NCBI GenBank assembly: GCA_025361065.1
Contig: JANYAY010000010.1
Location: 12,695-76,694, forward strand
Length of the DNA stretch: 64,000 nt
DNA from: Deltaproteobacteria bacterium
GTDB lineage: Bacteria > Desulfobacterota > Syntrophia > Syntrophales > Smithellaceae
Reading direction: 5' to 3'
Shown: piece after piece, positions 26,207 to 35,543 of the stretch
Position numbering within the stretch: position 1 is the first letter of the stretch
Layout: the number at the start of each line of letters is the position of its first letter
The notes under the pieces: model-generated
What the model was told of the DNA's origin: nothing
Database searches by the model: none
What the model saw: the letters and a program-made list of their open reading frames with translations, nothing else
Made by a program: the position numbers and the translations under genes

Positions 26207-27367
26207 TTAATGAATAACTCCGCTCATAATTAAACTTGCCATTTTTTGTGGTGTAACTTCTTCTATATCATGGGGAACATTTTGCCCGCAGGTTAAAAAG
26301 CTTACCGGTTTCCGGGCTTTATTAATTACATCATAGAGAATGCCGAAACGCCTGGATTCATCGATCTTGGTTATGATCAAATTATCATAATTAAAAGGAG
26401 AATACTTCGTAACTATATCCAGCAAATTATCTTCACTGGCTGTAGTACTAACCAGCAGATTGGTTTCGATATTCTTATTATGCAGCATGGTATCCATAAT
26501 ACCCAAATAACCATCATCGACACAGCTCCGGCCCGGGGTATCTATCAAAACGATATCCTTATCGGATAATAAATGCAGTGATTTTTGAAAGGACTCTTTT
26601 GTCGAAGCCACTTCCATCCTGATCCCCATAATCTTGGCATAGGTTCTCAATTGTTCTATGGCGGCAATGCGAAAGGTATCAATTGTAATTAAACCCACAC
26701 TCTTTTTTCCCATTAATGAATAACGGGCAGCAAGTTTTGCCAGGGTGGTTGTCTTACCAACGCCAGTAGCACCGACATAAGCTTTAATTCGTTTTTCTTC
26801 TTTTGATTTATTCATCACCGGCAGTGATTTAATAACAAATTTCTCGACAATCTGCAGTGCAATTTCTTCCGTTAATTGATCCCGGGAGGATATTTGGGAC
26901 CCGATTTCTTCCATTATCCTGCAAGCGCTGGCGCGGGTAAACCCGCATGCAAGCATTTGATAATAAACTTTAGAATTTATATCCGGATTTGATTTCCTTT
27001 TTCGTGCTCCCAGAATATCAAAGAATTTATCCATTGTTTCTTTTAACTCTTCGAGCTCTGCGCCAAGCGACTTCTCCTTCTGTCCTGAACGGATGATTTC
27101 TTTGAGTTCACTTATCTCTCCACTTATGAATTTATAAATATCCTGCTGATTTTCCGTTGGGCGTCTGCTTTCCGGCGGCAATGAATTGACAAACCCTTTT
27201 CCCTGTATCGGCGCATTTTCATCGCGCGCCGCCATTACTTCTATCGCCGAGTCGCTCGTATTATTTATTTTCTTTGCCGAAAGAATAATTGCATCAGACC
27301 CCATATCTTCTTTAATTTTAGTTAGAGCCTCACTGATACTGGATACTTCATAGCGTTTAACTTGCAT
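26207..27367 (-). CDS. flhF: SRP-type GTPase FlhF
   Basis: GATGVGKTTTLAKLAA, DTPGR and TKIDE motifs. Confidence 0.93.
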   Translation of the reverse strand: MQVKRYEVSSISEALTKIKEDMGSDAIILSAKKINNTSDSAIEVMAARDENAPIQGKGFVNSLPPESRRPTENQQDIYKFISGEISELKEIIRSGQKEKSLGAELEELKETMDKFFDILGARKRKSNPDINSKVYYQMLACGFTRASACRIMEEIGSQISSRDQLTEEIALQIVEKFVIKSLPVMNKSKEEKRIKAYVGATGVGKTTTLAKLAARYSLMGKKSVGLITIDTFRIAAIEQLRTYAKIMGIRMEVASTKESFQKSLHLLSDKDIVLIDTPGRSCVDDGYLGIMDTMLHNKNIETNLLVSTTASEDNLLDIVTKYSPFNYDNLIITKIDESRRFGILYDVINKARKPVSFLTCGQNVPHDIEEVTPQKMASLIMSGVIH

Positions 27368-27368
27368 T

Positions 27369-29450
27369 TTATAATTCTACCATTCCTAAAGATTTTACAT
27401 TAGCTTCCCGTGAAATTTCGTTGTGTGACAAAATTACGATGCTGGGATAAAATTTTTCCAATATCTTGCGAAAATGAATTCTCGTATTCGGCGAACAGAG
27501 AATTATCGGCTGTAAACCGCTGGTCGTAAACGCGTTTACCAGCCGCTGTAAACTGGTGACCAGTTTTTTCACAATATTAGGATCGGGCATTACAAACGAT
27601 TCATAATCCGTATGCGAGATGGAATGACTAATCTTATCTTCAACATCCGGCGACATGAGCATTACCGTGATATTTCCATCTTTATCCTGATACTGCTTTG
27701 TTATGGAACGTCCCAGATTCTGCCGTACATATCCGGTAAGAATATCGGCATTTTTTGTAACCGACGCATATTCTCCGATTGTTTCCACAATTGTCATTAA
27801 ATCACGGATGGAAATGCGTTCGCGCAGCAACCGCTGGAGAACTCTATGTACTACTGTTACCGGAACAATTTTCGGGATAATTTCTTTTACCATCTTGGGG
27901 TACTGTTCCTCCAGGTTATCCAAAAGTGCCTGTACTTCATTTCGCCCCAAAATCTCGTCGGCATAAGATTTAATCAACTCTGTAAGATGTGTCGTCATCA
28001 CCGTAGCCGGATCGACCACAACATAGCCCTTTGATTGAGCAGAATCCTTATCCCTTTCAGCTATCCACATTGCCGGAAGCCCGAAAGCAGGTTCTTTAGC
28101 ATGAATACCTTTAATCTTCATATCCTTCTCATCGGCCGAAATAACCAGATGGTGGCCCATCATTATGTTGCCTCGCGCTATTTCCGTACCTTTGAGCAAG
28201 ACATTGTATTCATCAGGTTTGAGTTTTAAATTATCCCGAATGTGAATTGCCGGAATAATAAAGCCCATTTCTGCTGCCAGTTGACGGCGCAGAGCTTTGA
28301 TACGATGCAGCAATTCACCACCCTGAGCAGAATCAACCAAAGGAATCAAACCATAGCCCACTTCCAGCCCTAGGGCATCAAGTGGTGCGATAGTATCTAC
28401 TGCTTCCACGGCCGCAGGTTGGGCTTCCTGTTCATTTTTCTCCTGTTCTTTGGCCTTATTAATGGTGTTGACGATACGGAAAGCTAAAAAAGCAACAATT
28501 GCCGCTACAATAAAGAAAGACGCTTTGGGCATTCCCGGAATCATTGCAAAAATGAAAATCATTATCGATGCTGTAGCGATTACGCGCGGTTGCATAAATA
28601 ATTGTTGTTTTACTTCTTCACCCAAGTCCGCCGACGCCGCACTCCTTGTCACTAATATACCTGCCGCAGTGGAAACAATTAAAGCCGGCACTTGCGTCAC
28701 TAAACCGTCACCAACGGTTAAAAGAGTATAATTTCTTGCCGCATCGGCAACTGCCATTCCTTTTTGGAGTACGCCAATAATCAATCCACCGATGATATTA
28801 ACAAAAACAATAATGATGCCGGCAACCGCATCACCCCTGACAAATTTACTGGCACCGTCCATGGATCCGTAAAAATTAGCTTCCTGCTCAATTTCCGAGC
28901 GGCGACGCCGTGCCTCATTATCAGTGATCAAACCGGCATTCAAATCAGCATCAATGCTCATTTGCTTTCCCGGCATAGCATCCAGGGTAAATCGCGCCGC
29001 CACTTCAGCAACACGTGTAGCACCCTTGGTAATAACGACAAAATTGATCAAAACCAAAACCATAAAAACAATTAATCCGACAACATAATTGCCACCCACA
29101 ACAAATGTGCCAAACGATTTAATAACCTGTCCGGCAGCCGCAGTCCCTTCATTGCCATGCAACAAAATCAATCTGGTGGAAGCCACATTCAGTGATAATC
29201 GCAAGAGAGTAACCATTAACAAAACAGAGGGGAATACTGAAAACTGCAATGGTTTTAGCACATACATCGACATCAGCAGAATAATGATCGAAAAAGTAAT
29301 ACTGAAAGAAAGAAAAATATCCAATAAAAAAGTCGGGATGGGAATGATCATGACCATCAGAATAGCAATAACGGCCATGGCCATCATGGCTGAGCTTGAT
29401 TTCACTGCGTCTAAAAAAGCGCCCCTGTTAACTGTTTCCGAAGTAGCCAT
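27369..29450 (-). CDS. flhA: Export gate protein FlhA
   Basis: 693 aa. FPSVLLMVTLLRLSLNVASTRLIL and VGDGLVTQVPALIVSTAAGI, plus a cytoplasmic domain. Confidence 0.98.
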   Translation of the reverse strand: MATSETVNRGAFLDAVKSSSAMMAMAVIAILMVMIIPIPTFLLDIFLSFSITFSIIILLMSMYVLKPLQFSVFPSVLLMVTLLRLSLNVASTRLILLHGNEGTAAAGQVIKSFGTFVVGGNYVVGLIVFMVLVLINFVVITKGATRVAEVAARFTLDAMPGKQMSIDADLNAGLITDNEARRRRSEIEQEANFYGSMDGASKFVRGDAVAGIIIVFVNIIGGLIIGVLQKGMAVADAARNYTLLTVGDGLVTQVPALIVSTAAGILVTRSAASADLGEEVKQQLFMQPRVIATASIMIFIFAMIPGMPKASFFIVAAIVAFLAFRIVNTINKAKEQEKNEQEAQPAAVEAVDTIAPLDALGLEVGYGLIPLVDSAQGGELLHRIKALRRQLAAEMGFIIPAIHIRDNLKLKPDEYNVLLKGTEIARGNIMMGHHLVISADEKDMKIKGIHAKEPAFGLPAMWIAERDKDSAQSKGYVVVDPATVMTTHLTELIKSYADEILGRNEVQALLDNLEEQYPKMVKEIIPKIVPVTVVHRVLQRLLRERISIRDLMTIVETIGEYASVTKNADILTGYVRQNLGRSITKQYQDKDGNITVMLMSPDVEDKISHSISHTDYESFVMPDPNIVKKLVTSLQRLVNAFTTSGLQPIILCSPNTRIHFRKILEKFYPSIVILSHNEISREANVKSLGMVEL

Positions 29451-29455
29451 ATTTT

Positions 29456-30532
29456 TTATCCAAATATCTTAATTTTCTTCTGCTCGTAAACAAATGCCAG
29501 TACTTCCGCAACGGCCCGGTAAAGATCTTCCGGTATCAAATGATCTATATCAACCGTCTTATACAATACCTGTGCCAGAGGTTTATCTTCGACGATCGGA
29601 ATATCATTTTCCTGGGCAATCTCTTTAATTTTTGCAGCAATTAAGTTTGCCCCTTTAGCCACTACTTTGGGTGCCATCATATTTTCGTGATCGTATTGGA
29701 TCGCGACTGCCAAATGGGTCGGATTGGTAATAATGACGTCTGCCTTCGGCACCTGAGACATCATCCGCTTTTGGGCCATTTCCCGCTGTAAGCGGCGGAT
29801 TCGGGCTTTAATCAGGGGATCACCTTCAGTATTCTTGTATTCATCTTTAATTTCCTGTTTGGTCATCCGCAGGCTTTTTTCGTATTCCCAGCGTTGATAT
29901 ATGTAATCAAGGATAGCCAGAATAACGAGTACTATCGTGGTGGCCAGAATAATTTTGAAGCAGATACGGCCAAAATACATCATCATTCCCCAAACACTTT
30001 GATCCATCAGAGGAATCATATCAGCCAATTCACTTTTAACAACAAAATATACCACCATGCTGATAACGCAAATTTTGAAGATACTTTTGATCAGTTCCAC
30101 AATCGACCGCATGGAAAATAGCCTTTGAAAACCTTTAAGGGGATCAATCTTGGATAATTTTGGGGTTACTGATTCCGACGAAAACATGACACCGATTTGC
30201 AGGATATTTCCCAGAATAGCCGCAACGAGAACTGTCAGCATGATCGGAAAAAGGATAATAAAACCTTTAAAAATGTAATCACTAAATAAATAAGTCAGGC
30301 TTTCTTGCGTGAGGTTAAACTGACCTGCACCGCGGAATCCGGAAGTCATTAATTCCATGATGTTCTTGAGCAATCCGGAAGCGCCAAAATAAAAATAAAT
30401 CAGGCAGGCCACCAGAATTCCCACGGACACAATTTCCGTAGAACGCGCAACCTGACCTTTTTCGCGTGCTTCATCACGGCGTCGCGATGTCGCTTCTTCA
30501 GTTCGTTCCTGATCCTGATCGTTTTCCGCCAT
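29456..30532 (-). CDS. flhB: Export switch protein FlhB
   Basis: 358 aa with the NPTH autocleavage motif (ADVIITNPTHLAVAI). Confidence 0.97.
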   Translation of the reverse strand: MAENDQDQERTEEATSRRRDEAREKGQVARSTEIVSVGILVACLIYFYFGASGLLKNIMELMTSGFRGAGQFNLTQESLTYLFSDYIFKGFIILFPIMLTVLVAAILGNILQIGVMFSSESVTPKLSKIDPLKGFQRLFSMRSIVELIKSIFKICVISMVVYFVVKSELADMIPLMDQSVWGMMMYFGRICFKIILATTIVLVILAILDYIYQRWEYEKSLRMTKQEIKDEYKNTEGDPLIKARIRRLQREMAQKRMMSQVPKADVIITNPTHLAVAIQYDHENMMAPKVVAKGANLIAAKIKEIAQENDIPIVEDKPLAQVLYKTVDIDHLIPEDLYRAVAEVLAFVYEQKKIKIFG

Positions 30533-30625
30533 ACATTACCTATCGCATTGTGACCTTCAGATTATGGACAGACAAAGTTATTTTGCCCGACGGCTTAATG
30601 ACGTGAGCGTCAATTTTCCGCTGCT

Positions 30626-31405
30626 TCACATTAAACGCAAAAGCATTACGATTTTAGCCTCATAATTAATGAAAAAACCTGACGTCAATTTGACAAACAT
30701 CGGCGCAGTTAAACCCAGAAAAATAAGTCCGATTGCTATTTGCAGAGGCATGCCGACGATAAAGATATTGATCTGCGGCACTGTACGGGCAACGATTCCC
30801 AGACCAACATTGGTAAAGAGCATTACTGCCATAAGAGGAGCCGCCAGTTTAACTGCAATAACAAACATTTCTTTCGAATAACTGAAAATAGCCTGTATTA
30901 GTGGACCCGAAAAATGAAAGGCCAGGGGATTTAAAATAGAATAACTTTGAATAATTGCTGAAAAGAAAATGTGATGAGCATTAACTGCCAGGAACACGAG
31001 CAAGGCAATCAGATATTGCAGCTCAGTAATGATGGATACCTGCTCACTGGTCATGGGATCGATAATATTGGCAATGGATAATCCCATTTGAAAACCAACC
31101 ATATCACCGGCCATCTGAATACCTGCCAGGAGCAGTCTGGCAACATAACCGATAATCAGGCCGATTATAACTTCACCAGCCATCCGGTACATTAAAATCA
31201 GCACATGATAATTTGCTGTTTGCGGAATTTTCGGCAGGACAACGGGGAATATGATTAAAGTTATCAGGACGGATAAAGCGGCTTTAAATCGCGCCGGAAC
31301 AGCTGTATCACTGATTACCGGAATGGTAACGACAATGGCACTTACTCTTAATAAGACTAGAATGAAAGCTTCTAAGTGTTCGGCGGATAAGAAAGGCAAG
31401 CTCAT
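30626..31405 (-). CDS. fliR: Export apparatus protein FliR
   Basis: 259-aa polytopic protein between fliQ and flhB. Confidence 0.93.
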   Translation of the reverse strand: MSLPFLSAEHLEAFILVLLRVSAIVVTIPVISDTAVPARFKAALSVLITLIIFPVVLPKIPQTANYHVLILMYRMAGEVIIGLIIGYVARLLLAGIQMAGDMVGFQMGLSIANIIDPMTSEQVSIITELQYLIALLVFLAVNAHHIFFSAIIQSYSILNPLAFHFSGPLIQAIFSYSKEMFVIAVKLAAPLMAVMLFTNVGLGIVARTVPQINIFIVGMPLQIAIGLIFLGLTAPMFVKLTSGFFINYEAKIVMLLRLM

Positions 31406-31460
31406 ATTTCGTTACTCTCTTTTCCTTTCTTTCCATGTGATTTATTTCCACCGGATATTT

Positions 31461-31730
31461 TCACTTGATATATGCCGGTATATTGGCGAATATATTTTGC
31501 GTAAAGGTTATCATTAAACTCATCATCCAGGGGAGCGCTGCCACCAAGGCAACCATAACCGCCACAATCTTCGGTACAAACACCAGTGTCATTTCCTGAA
31601 TTTGCGTAACAGCCTGAAACAAGCTGATCAAAACACCTACAACCAAACCCACTATCAGCATCGGGGCAGATACTAAAAGTGTTATCTTGATAGTTTCCGC
31701 CATTAATCCCACAACCATATCTGTAGTCAT
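31461..31730 (-). CDS. fliQ: Export apparatus protein FliQ
   Basis: MTTDMVVGLMAETIKITLLVSAPML..FQAVTQIQEMTLVFVPKI, 89 aa from the ATG at 31730. The ORF-track start at 31760 runs into repeat copy D. Confidence 0.93.
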   Translation of the reverse strand: MTTDMVVGLMAETIKITLLVSAPMLIVGLVVGVLISLFQAVTQIQEMTLVFVPKIVAVMVALVAALPWMMSLMITFTQNIFANIPAYIK

Positions 31731-31750
31731 TTTGTTATCTTCTTTCAGTT

Positions 31751-31807
31751 TAGGAACCACTACGAAATAATCTGTTTTTTCTATTTCGCTGCGGCACCTT
31801 ACGCCGT
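31751..31807 (-). repeat. Intergenic hairpin element, copy D (fliP|fliQ spacer)
   Basis: Minus sense reads ACGGCGTAAGGTGCCGCAGCGAAAT-agaaaaaacagatt-ATTTCGTAGTGGTTCCTA. It is the most divergent copy but keeps the stem through a C:G swap and G.U pairs. Confidence 0.75.
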
Positions 31808-31832
31808 TGGCTATATTTTTTTGACCAACGGC

Positions 31833-32606
31833 CTAATGGAAACTTTGGACTAATGAACCGACGATTAAATACCAGCCGTCAACAAGCACAAATAACAGCA
31901 ATTTAAAGGGTAAACTGACCATAATTGGCGGGAGCATCATCATACCCATGGACAACAAAACAGATGCCACGACCATATCCAAAACCAGAAAAGGCAGATA
32001 AATCATAAAGCCGATTTGAAAGGCAGTCTTCAATTCGCTAATCGCAAAAGCCGGAATTAACGTTGTTAAAGAAATATCTTCCGGTTTTGCGGGTCTCTTC
32101 TCGTTCGCTATTTTAACAAAAAGAGCCAGGTCTTTCTCTCTTACCTGTTTGAGCATAAAGGCTTTTACCGGAGCTGCGGCTTTTGCAAAAGCCTGTTCAC
32201 CGGAAATCTGTTCTTCATAATAAGGTTTTAGAGCTTCATCGTTCACCCGGTTAAAAACCGGCGCCATAATGAAAAAAGTCAGGAATAAAGACAATCCGAT
32301 GATGACTTGATTGGGAGGCATTGTTTGCGTTCCCAAAGCATGCCGCAGCAGGGATAAAACGATTACAATCCTGGTAAAAGAAGTGACCATCAAAAGAATG
32401 GCCGGAGCCAAAGAAAGAATAGTCAATAATATTACCAGCTGAATGAGCGAGGAGACTTTTTCCGGTTCGGTTGTTCCACCGGACATACTCAAACTGATAT
32501 TGGGTAAAGAAAGGGACTGGGCAGCGTAGACATAAGGGGAAGTTATTATCGCTACAACTATAAAGAGCAATGAAAATAAAATTATCAGCACTTTCTCTCT
32601 TTTCAT
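31833..32606 (-). CDS. fliP: Export apparatus protein FliP
   Basis: LLTILSLAPAILLMVTSFTRIVIVLSLLRHALG and GFMIYLPFLVLDMVVASVLLSMGMMMLPP. Confidence 0.97.
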   Translation of the reverse strand: MKREKVLIILFSLLFIVVAIITSPYVYAAQSLSLPNISLSMSGGTTEPEKVSSLIQLVILLTILSLAPAILLMVTSFTRIVIVLSLLRHALGTQTMPPNQVIIGLSLFLTFFIMAPVFNRVNDEALKPYYEEQISGEQAFAKAAAPVKAFMLKQVREKDLALFVKIANEKRPAKPEDISLTTLIPAFAISELKTAFQIGFMIYLPFLVLDMVVASVLLSMGMMMLPPIMVSLPFKLLLFVLVDGWYLIVGSLVQSFH

Positions 32607-33004
32607 TTTTCAGTCTTATCCTTCTTTTTATTGGGAGAAAGACTGAGTAGAGACATGTATTGTGCCAGTTTACTTCCCGAAAAATCCACTATTTTGGAAT
32701 TAGGTTTGCTGATTCTTATTTTTGCTATAGCCAGAGGATCGTCAATTGCGGCCAGTGTCGTCATTTGCTGATTGGAAATACCGACCACAAGAATCTTATC
32801 TATTACTTCGACCACAATAATTCTGCTTTTCGGCCCCAGATATCTGGTTGAAATTACATTAATCAGAGGTTGATTATTATCAGAAACAGGACCCGTCTGC
32901 TGCATAAACCTCTTGACGAAATACATGACGCCAATAAGTAATCCCAGCACAATAGCCAGGGCAAAAATCATTTTCAAGAATGAAGAAACAAGAGAAATTT
33001 CCAT
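32603..33004 (-). CDS. fliO: FliO-like protein
   Basis: 133 aa with a single N-terminal TM segment, between fliN and fliP, with an ATGA overlap onto fliP. Confidence 0.75.
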   Translation of the reverse strand: MEISLVSSFLKMIFALAIVLGLLIGVMYFVKRFMQQTGPVSDNNQPLINVISTRYLGPKSRIIVVEVIDKILVVGISNQQMTTLAAIDDPLAIAKIRISKPNSKIVDFSGSKLAQYMSLLSLSPNKKKDKTEK

Positions 33005-33016
33005 TGGTAATCACAC

Positions 33017-33475
33017 TCAGACTAATTTATTTACTCTCTCTGCCGGAGAAACTATATCCGTTAAACGCACGCCGAATTTTTCATTGACGACGACCACTTC
33101 ACCGCGGGCAATCAACCTTTGATTAACATAGATGTCCATGGGCTCGCCGGCAAGCTTAGTTAGTTCCAGCACGGAACCTTGCCCCAGTTGCAGCAATTCG
33201 CTGATCAGCATTTTGCTTCTACCCAACTCACATGTTAAGGTAAGTGGTATATCTAGAATGAAATCCAGGTCAAAGGTCGTTTTATTATCCGGCTTCTTCT
33301 TTTTGAGCTCATCGAAATGAACATTAGTAACTTCTGTTCTTGCTTGCGGTGCTGTTTTGGACTGCTCCATTTCATCCTTAACATCATCCCAGCTTATTTT
33401 GTCCTCTTCCACCGCCGCGGTTTCTGAGGATGCCCCTCCGCCCTTCATTAATTCATCAATTTCATTTTGTTCCAT
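33017..33475 (-). CDS. fliN: C-ring protein FliN
   Basis: The C-terminus reads LGRSKMLISELLQLGQGSVLELTKLAGEPMDIYVNQRLIARGEVVVVNEKFGVRLTDI. Confidence 0.95.
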   Translation of the reverse strand: MEQNEIDELMKGGGASSETAAVEEDKISWDDVKDEMEQSKTAPQARTEVTNVHFDELKKKKPDNKTTFDLDFILDIPLTLTCELGRSKMLISELLQLGQGSVLELTKLAGEPMDIYVNQRLIARGEVVVVNEKFGVRLTDIVSPAERVNKLV

Positions 33476-33476
33476 A

Positions 33477-34463
33477 TCAGCCTTCCTCTTTTCCCGTTAC
33501 TATACTTGAAATTTGTACAGCCTGATTTCCCTTATAATTACCGGTATATCCCTTAAATTTCTTAATCCCTTCCACATAGATGTCCAGCGGATCCGAAGCA
33601 TAATGCTCCAGTTGAATAACATCGCCTTTTTTAAGATTCACAATATCTTTACCTAAAACCTGCGCCCTGCCAAGTTCTACAAAAATATCTACGTAAGACT
33701 GAAGAAGGCCGGATTTGAATCTGTTTGCCCAAGCCTTATCCACTTCCATATGTTCACTCTGGAAACCGGCGGACAGTTTTTCTTTAACAGGCTCGAGCAT
33801 GGAATAGGGAATACAAATGGATACAACCCCCGACGTATACTCAACTTCAATTTCAAAATTCATCACAACGACAACATCAGTGGGTGGGACGATTTGGGCA
33901 AATTGTGGGTTAATCTCCGCTCGTTGATATGCTATTTTCAAATCAATTAATGGTTTCCAGCATTTTTCCAGGTCGGCAAGTGCACTCAAAACTACTTTTT
34001 TGATCAAATTATTTTCTATCGCTGTAAATTCACGGCCCTCAATTTTAAAAGCCGCTGTTCCCGTACCACCGAAAATTATGTCCACCAGAGTGAAAATTAT
34101 TTTTGATTCCACAATAAAAATAGCATTGCCGCGCATGGGATCCATACGAAACAAATGAAGGCTTGTCGGCACAGGCAATGTTTTCAAAAATTCACCGAAC
34201 TTAATCATATCTGCAGAAACAGCGGTTACTGCAATAACTTTGCGCAGCATAGAAGAAAGAGTAGCGCGAAACATGCGGGCAAATTTCTCGTTGGTCATTT
34301 CCAGAGTAGGCATACGGCCACGAATAATCCTGTCCTGACTGGTCAAGTCATAGGAAATTATCGCACCCGGTTCATGGTACTCTTCTACCTGGGTCTCTAT
34401 TTCGCCGCCGGAAATTCCTCGCAACAGGGCATCAACTTCTTCTTGCGAAAGGATATTGGTCAT
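33477..34463 (-). CDS. fliM: C-ring protein FliM
   Basis: The N-terminus LSQEEVDALL is the CheY-P binding motif. 328 aa. Confidence 0.96.
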   Translation of the reverse strand: MTNILSQEEVDALLRGISGGEIETQVEEYHEPGAIISYDLTSQDRIIRGRMPTLEMTNEKFARMFRATLSSMLRKVIAVTAVSADMIKFGEFLKTLPVPTSLHLFRMDPMRGNAIFIVESKIIFTLVDIIFGGTGTAAFKIEGREFTAIENNLIKKVVLSALADLEKCWKPLIDLKIAYQRAEINPQFAQIVPPTDVVVVMNFEIEVEYTSGVVSICIPYSMLEPVKEKLSAGFQSEHMEVDKAWANRFKSGLLQSYVDIFVELGRAQVLGKDIVNLKKGDVIQLEHYASDPLDIYVEGIKKFKGYTGNYKGNQAVQISSIVTGKEEG

Positions 34464-34499
34464 GGAACCTCACTTAAGGATTATATTCTACTTTTTCTT

Positions 34500-35018
34500 T
34501 TACTGAATGACAAACTCGGTGAAATATACTTTCAATATTTTTCCTTTTGTTAAATAACCATTTGCCCGTAGGACAATCTCATCCCGGAGACGCTGCTTTC
34601 CGATGGGGTCCATCATCTCTTTGTATGTTTTGGCGGACAGCAAATCGAGAATGTTATCCCGGAGCTTCGGCTTAAGCAGATTTAATTCTTCCAGCGCCGG
34701 TTGGTCGGATAATTCCAGCTGCATAACTACTTTTAGATATCTTTCCCCCTCATTATCAATAAGATTGACAATAAAAGGATCCATCGGCCAAAAAATTGCC
34801 ATCGGAGGTTTAGCTGCTTCCGCCTGTTTCTTTTCTTGAGCAGGCGAATGAGACTTAAACAAGAAAAAATAAGCGCCGGCGCCGGCGCCACCCAGAACAA
34901 ATACGGCTATCACGGCAATAATGATCCATTTTAAGGCAGAGCCTTTTTTCTTTTCCGGAACTTGCTCTTCGCCTTCTTCTTCGTCTTTTTTAACTGCGTC
35001 TGCCATTATTCTCTCCAT
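34500..35018 (-). CDS. fliL: Basal-body-associated protein FliL
   Basis: One TM segment, then PFIVNL..RYLKVVMQLELSD...KILKVYFTEFVIQ. The start may instead be the ATG at 35006. Confidence 0.9.
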   Translation of the reverse strand: MERIMADAVKKDEEEGEEQVPEKKKGSALKWIIIAVIAVFVLGGAGAGAYFFLFKSHSPAQEKKQAEAAKPPMAIFWPMDPFIVNLIDNEGERYLKVVMQLELSDQPALEELNLLKPKLRDNILDLLSAKTYKEMMDPIGKQRLRDEIVLRANGYLTKGKILKVYFTEFVIQ

Positions 35019-35051
35019 AATCGGAAATATTGCTCTATTGATCTGCTATCT

Positions 35052-35067
35052 AGCAAAGAGCATACCA
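35052..35067 (-). promoter_or_regulatory. sigma54 promoter upstream of fliL
   Basis: Minus sense reads TGGTAT-gctct-TTGCT. Confidence 0.75.
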
Positions 35068-35206
35068 AAGACCGGACACTTTTTTAGCAATTATTTTATA
35101 GATATTACGTATATTTACAGTTAAATGGATCGGAGTACCGATATTTTCATCCGTGCGGACTCTTTTTATTGACGAAAAGTCAAATAATTGACGGGAAGGG
35201 AGGACA

Positions 35207-35370
35207 GACTGAAGGCTGAGGGCTGAAGGTCAAGATGAAGGCGCTAACTGCGCCCTCCTTATAACCTAACAGTCTTCAGCCTTCAGCCTGAATACCTGTT
35301 GCAAAAAAGGCTGAAGCTAAAGGAGGGAGGGGGGAGAGGAAAATCGTCCTTTAGTCTTCAGCCTATAAAC
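35207..35370. repeat. Cluster of GGCTGAAG/CTTCAGCC repeats with nested inverted repeats
   Basis: GACTGAAGGCTGAGGGCTGAAGG lies at 35207-35229. AGTCTTCAGCCTTCAGCCTGAA lies at 35271-35292. CCCTCCTT (35253) and AAGGAGGG (35321) bracket CTTCAGCC and GGCTGAAG. TCTTCAGCCTATAA starts at 35355. Confidence 0.8.
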
Positions 35371-35543
35371 TAAATAATTGCAGGTAAACTAATAAATATT
35401 TGAGATCCGGAGCAGATCGGATTTGCACAACCTGCCCCGATCTCTGGATCCCGGATAGCTTCGCCCATATGGTCTTCGCTTCCGGGATCAATTCCACTAA
35501 CGCTTCAAACTGCGCTCACTTGTTTTCAGCGAGTGTCATTGAA

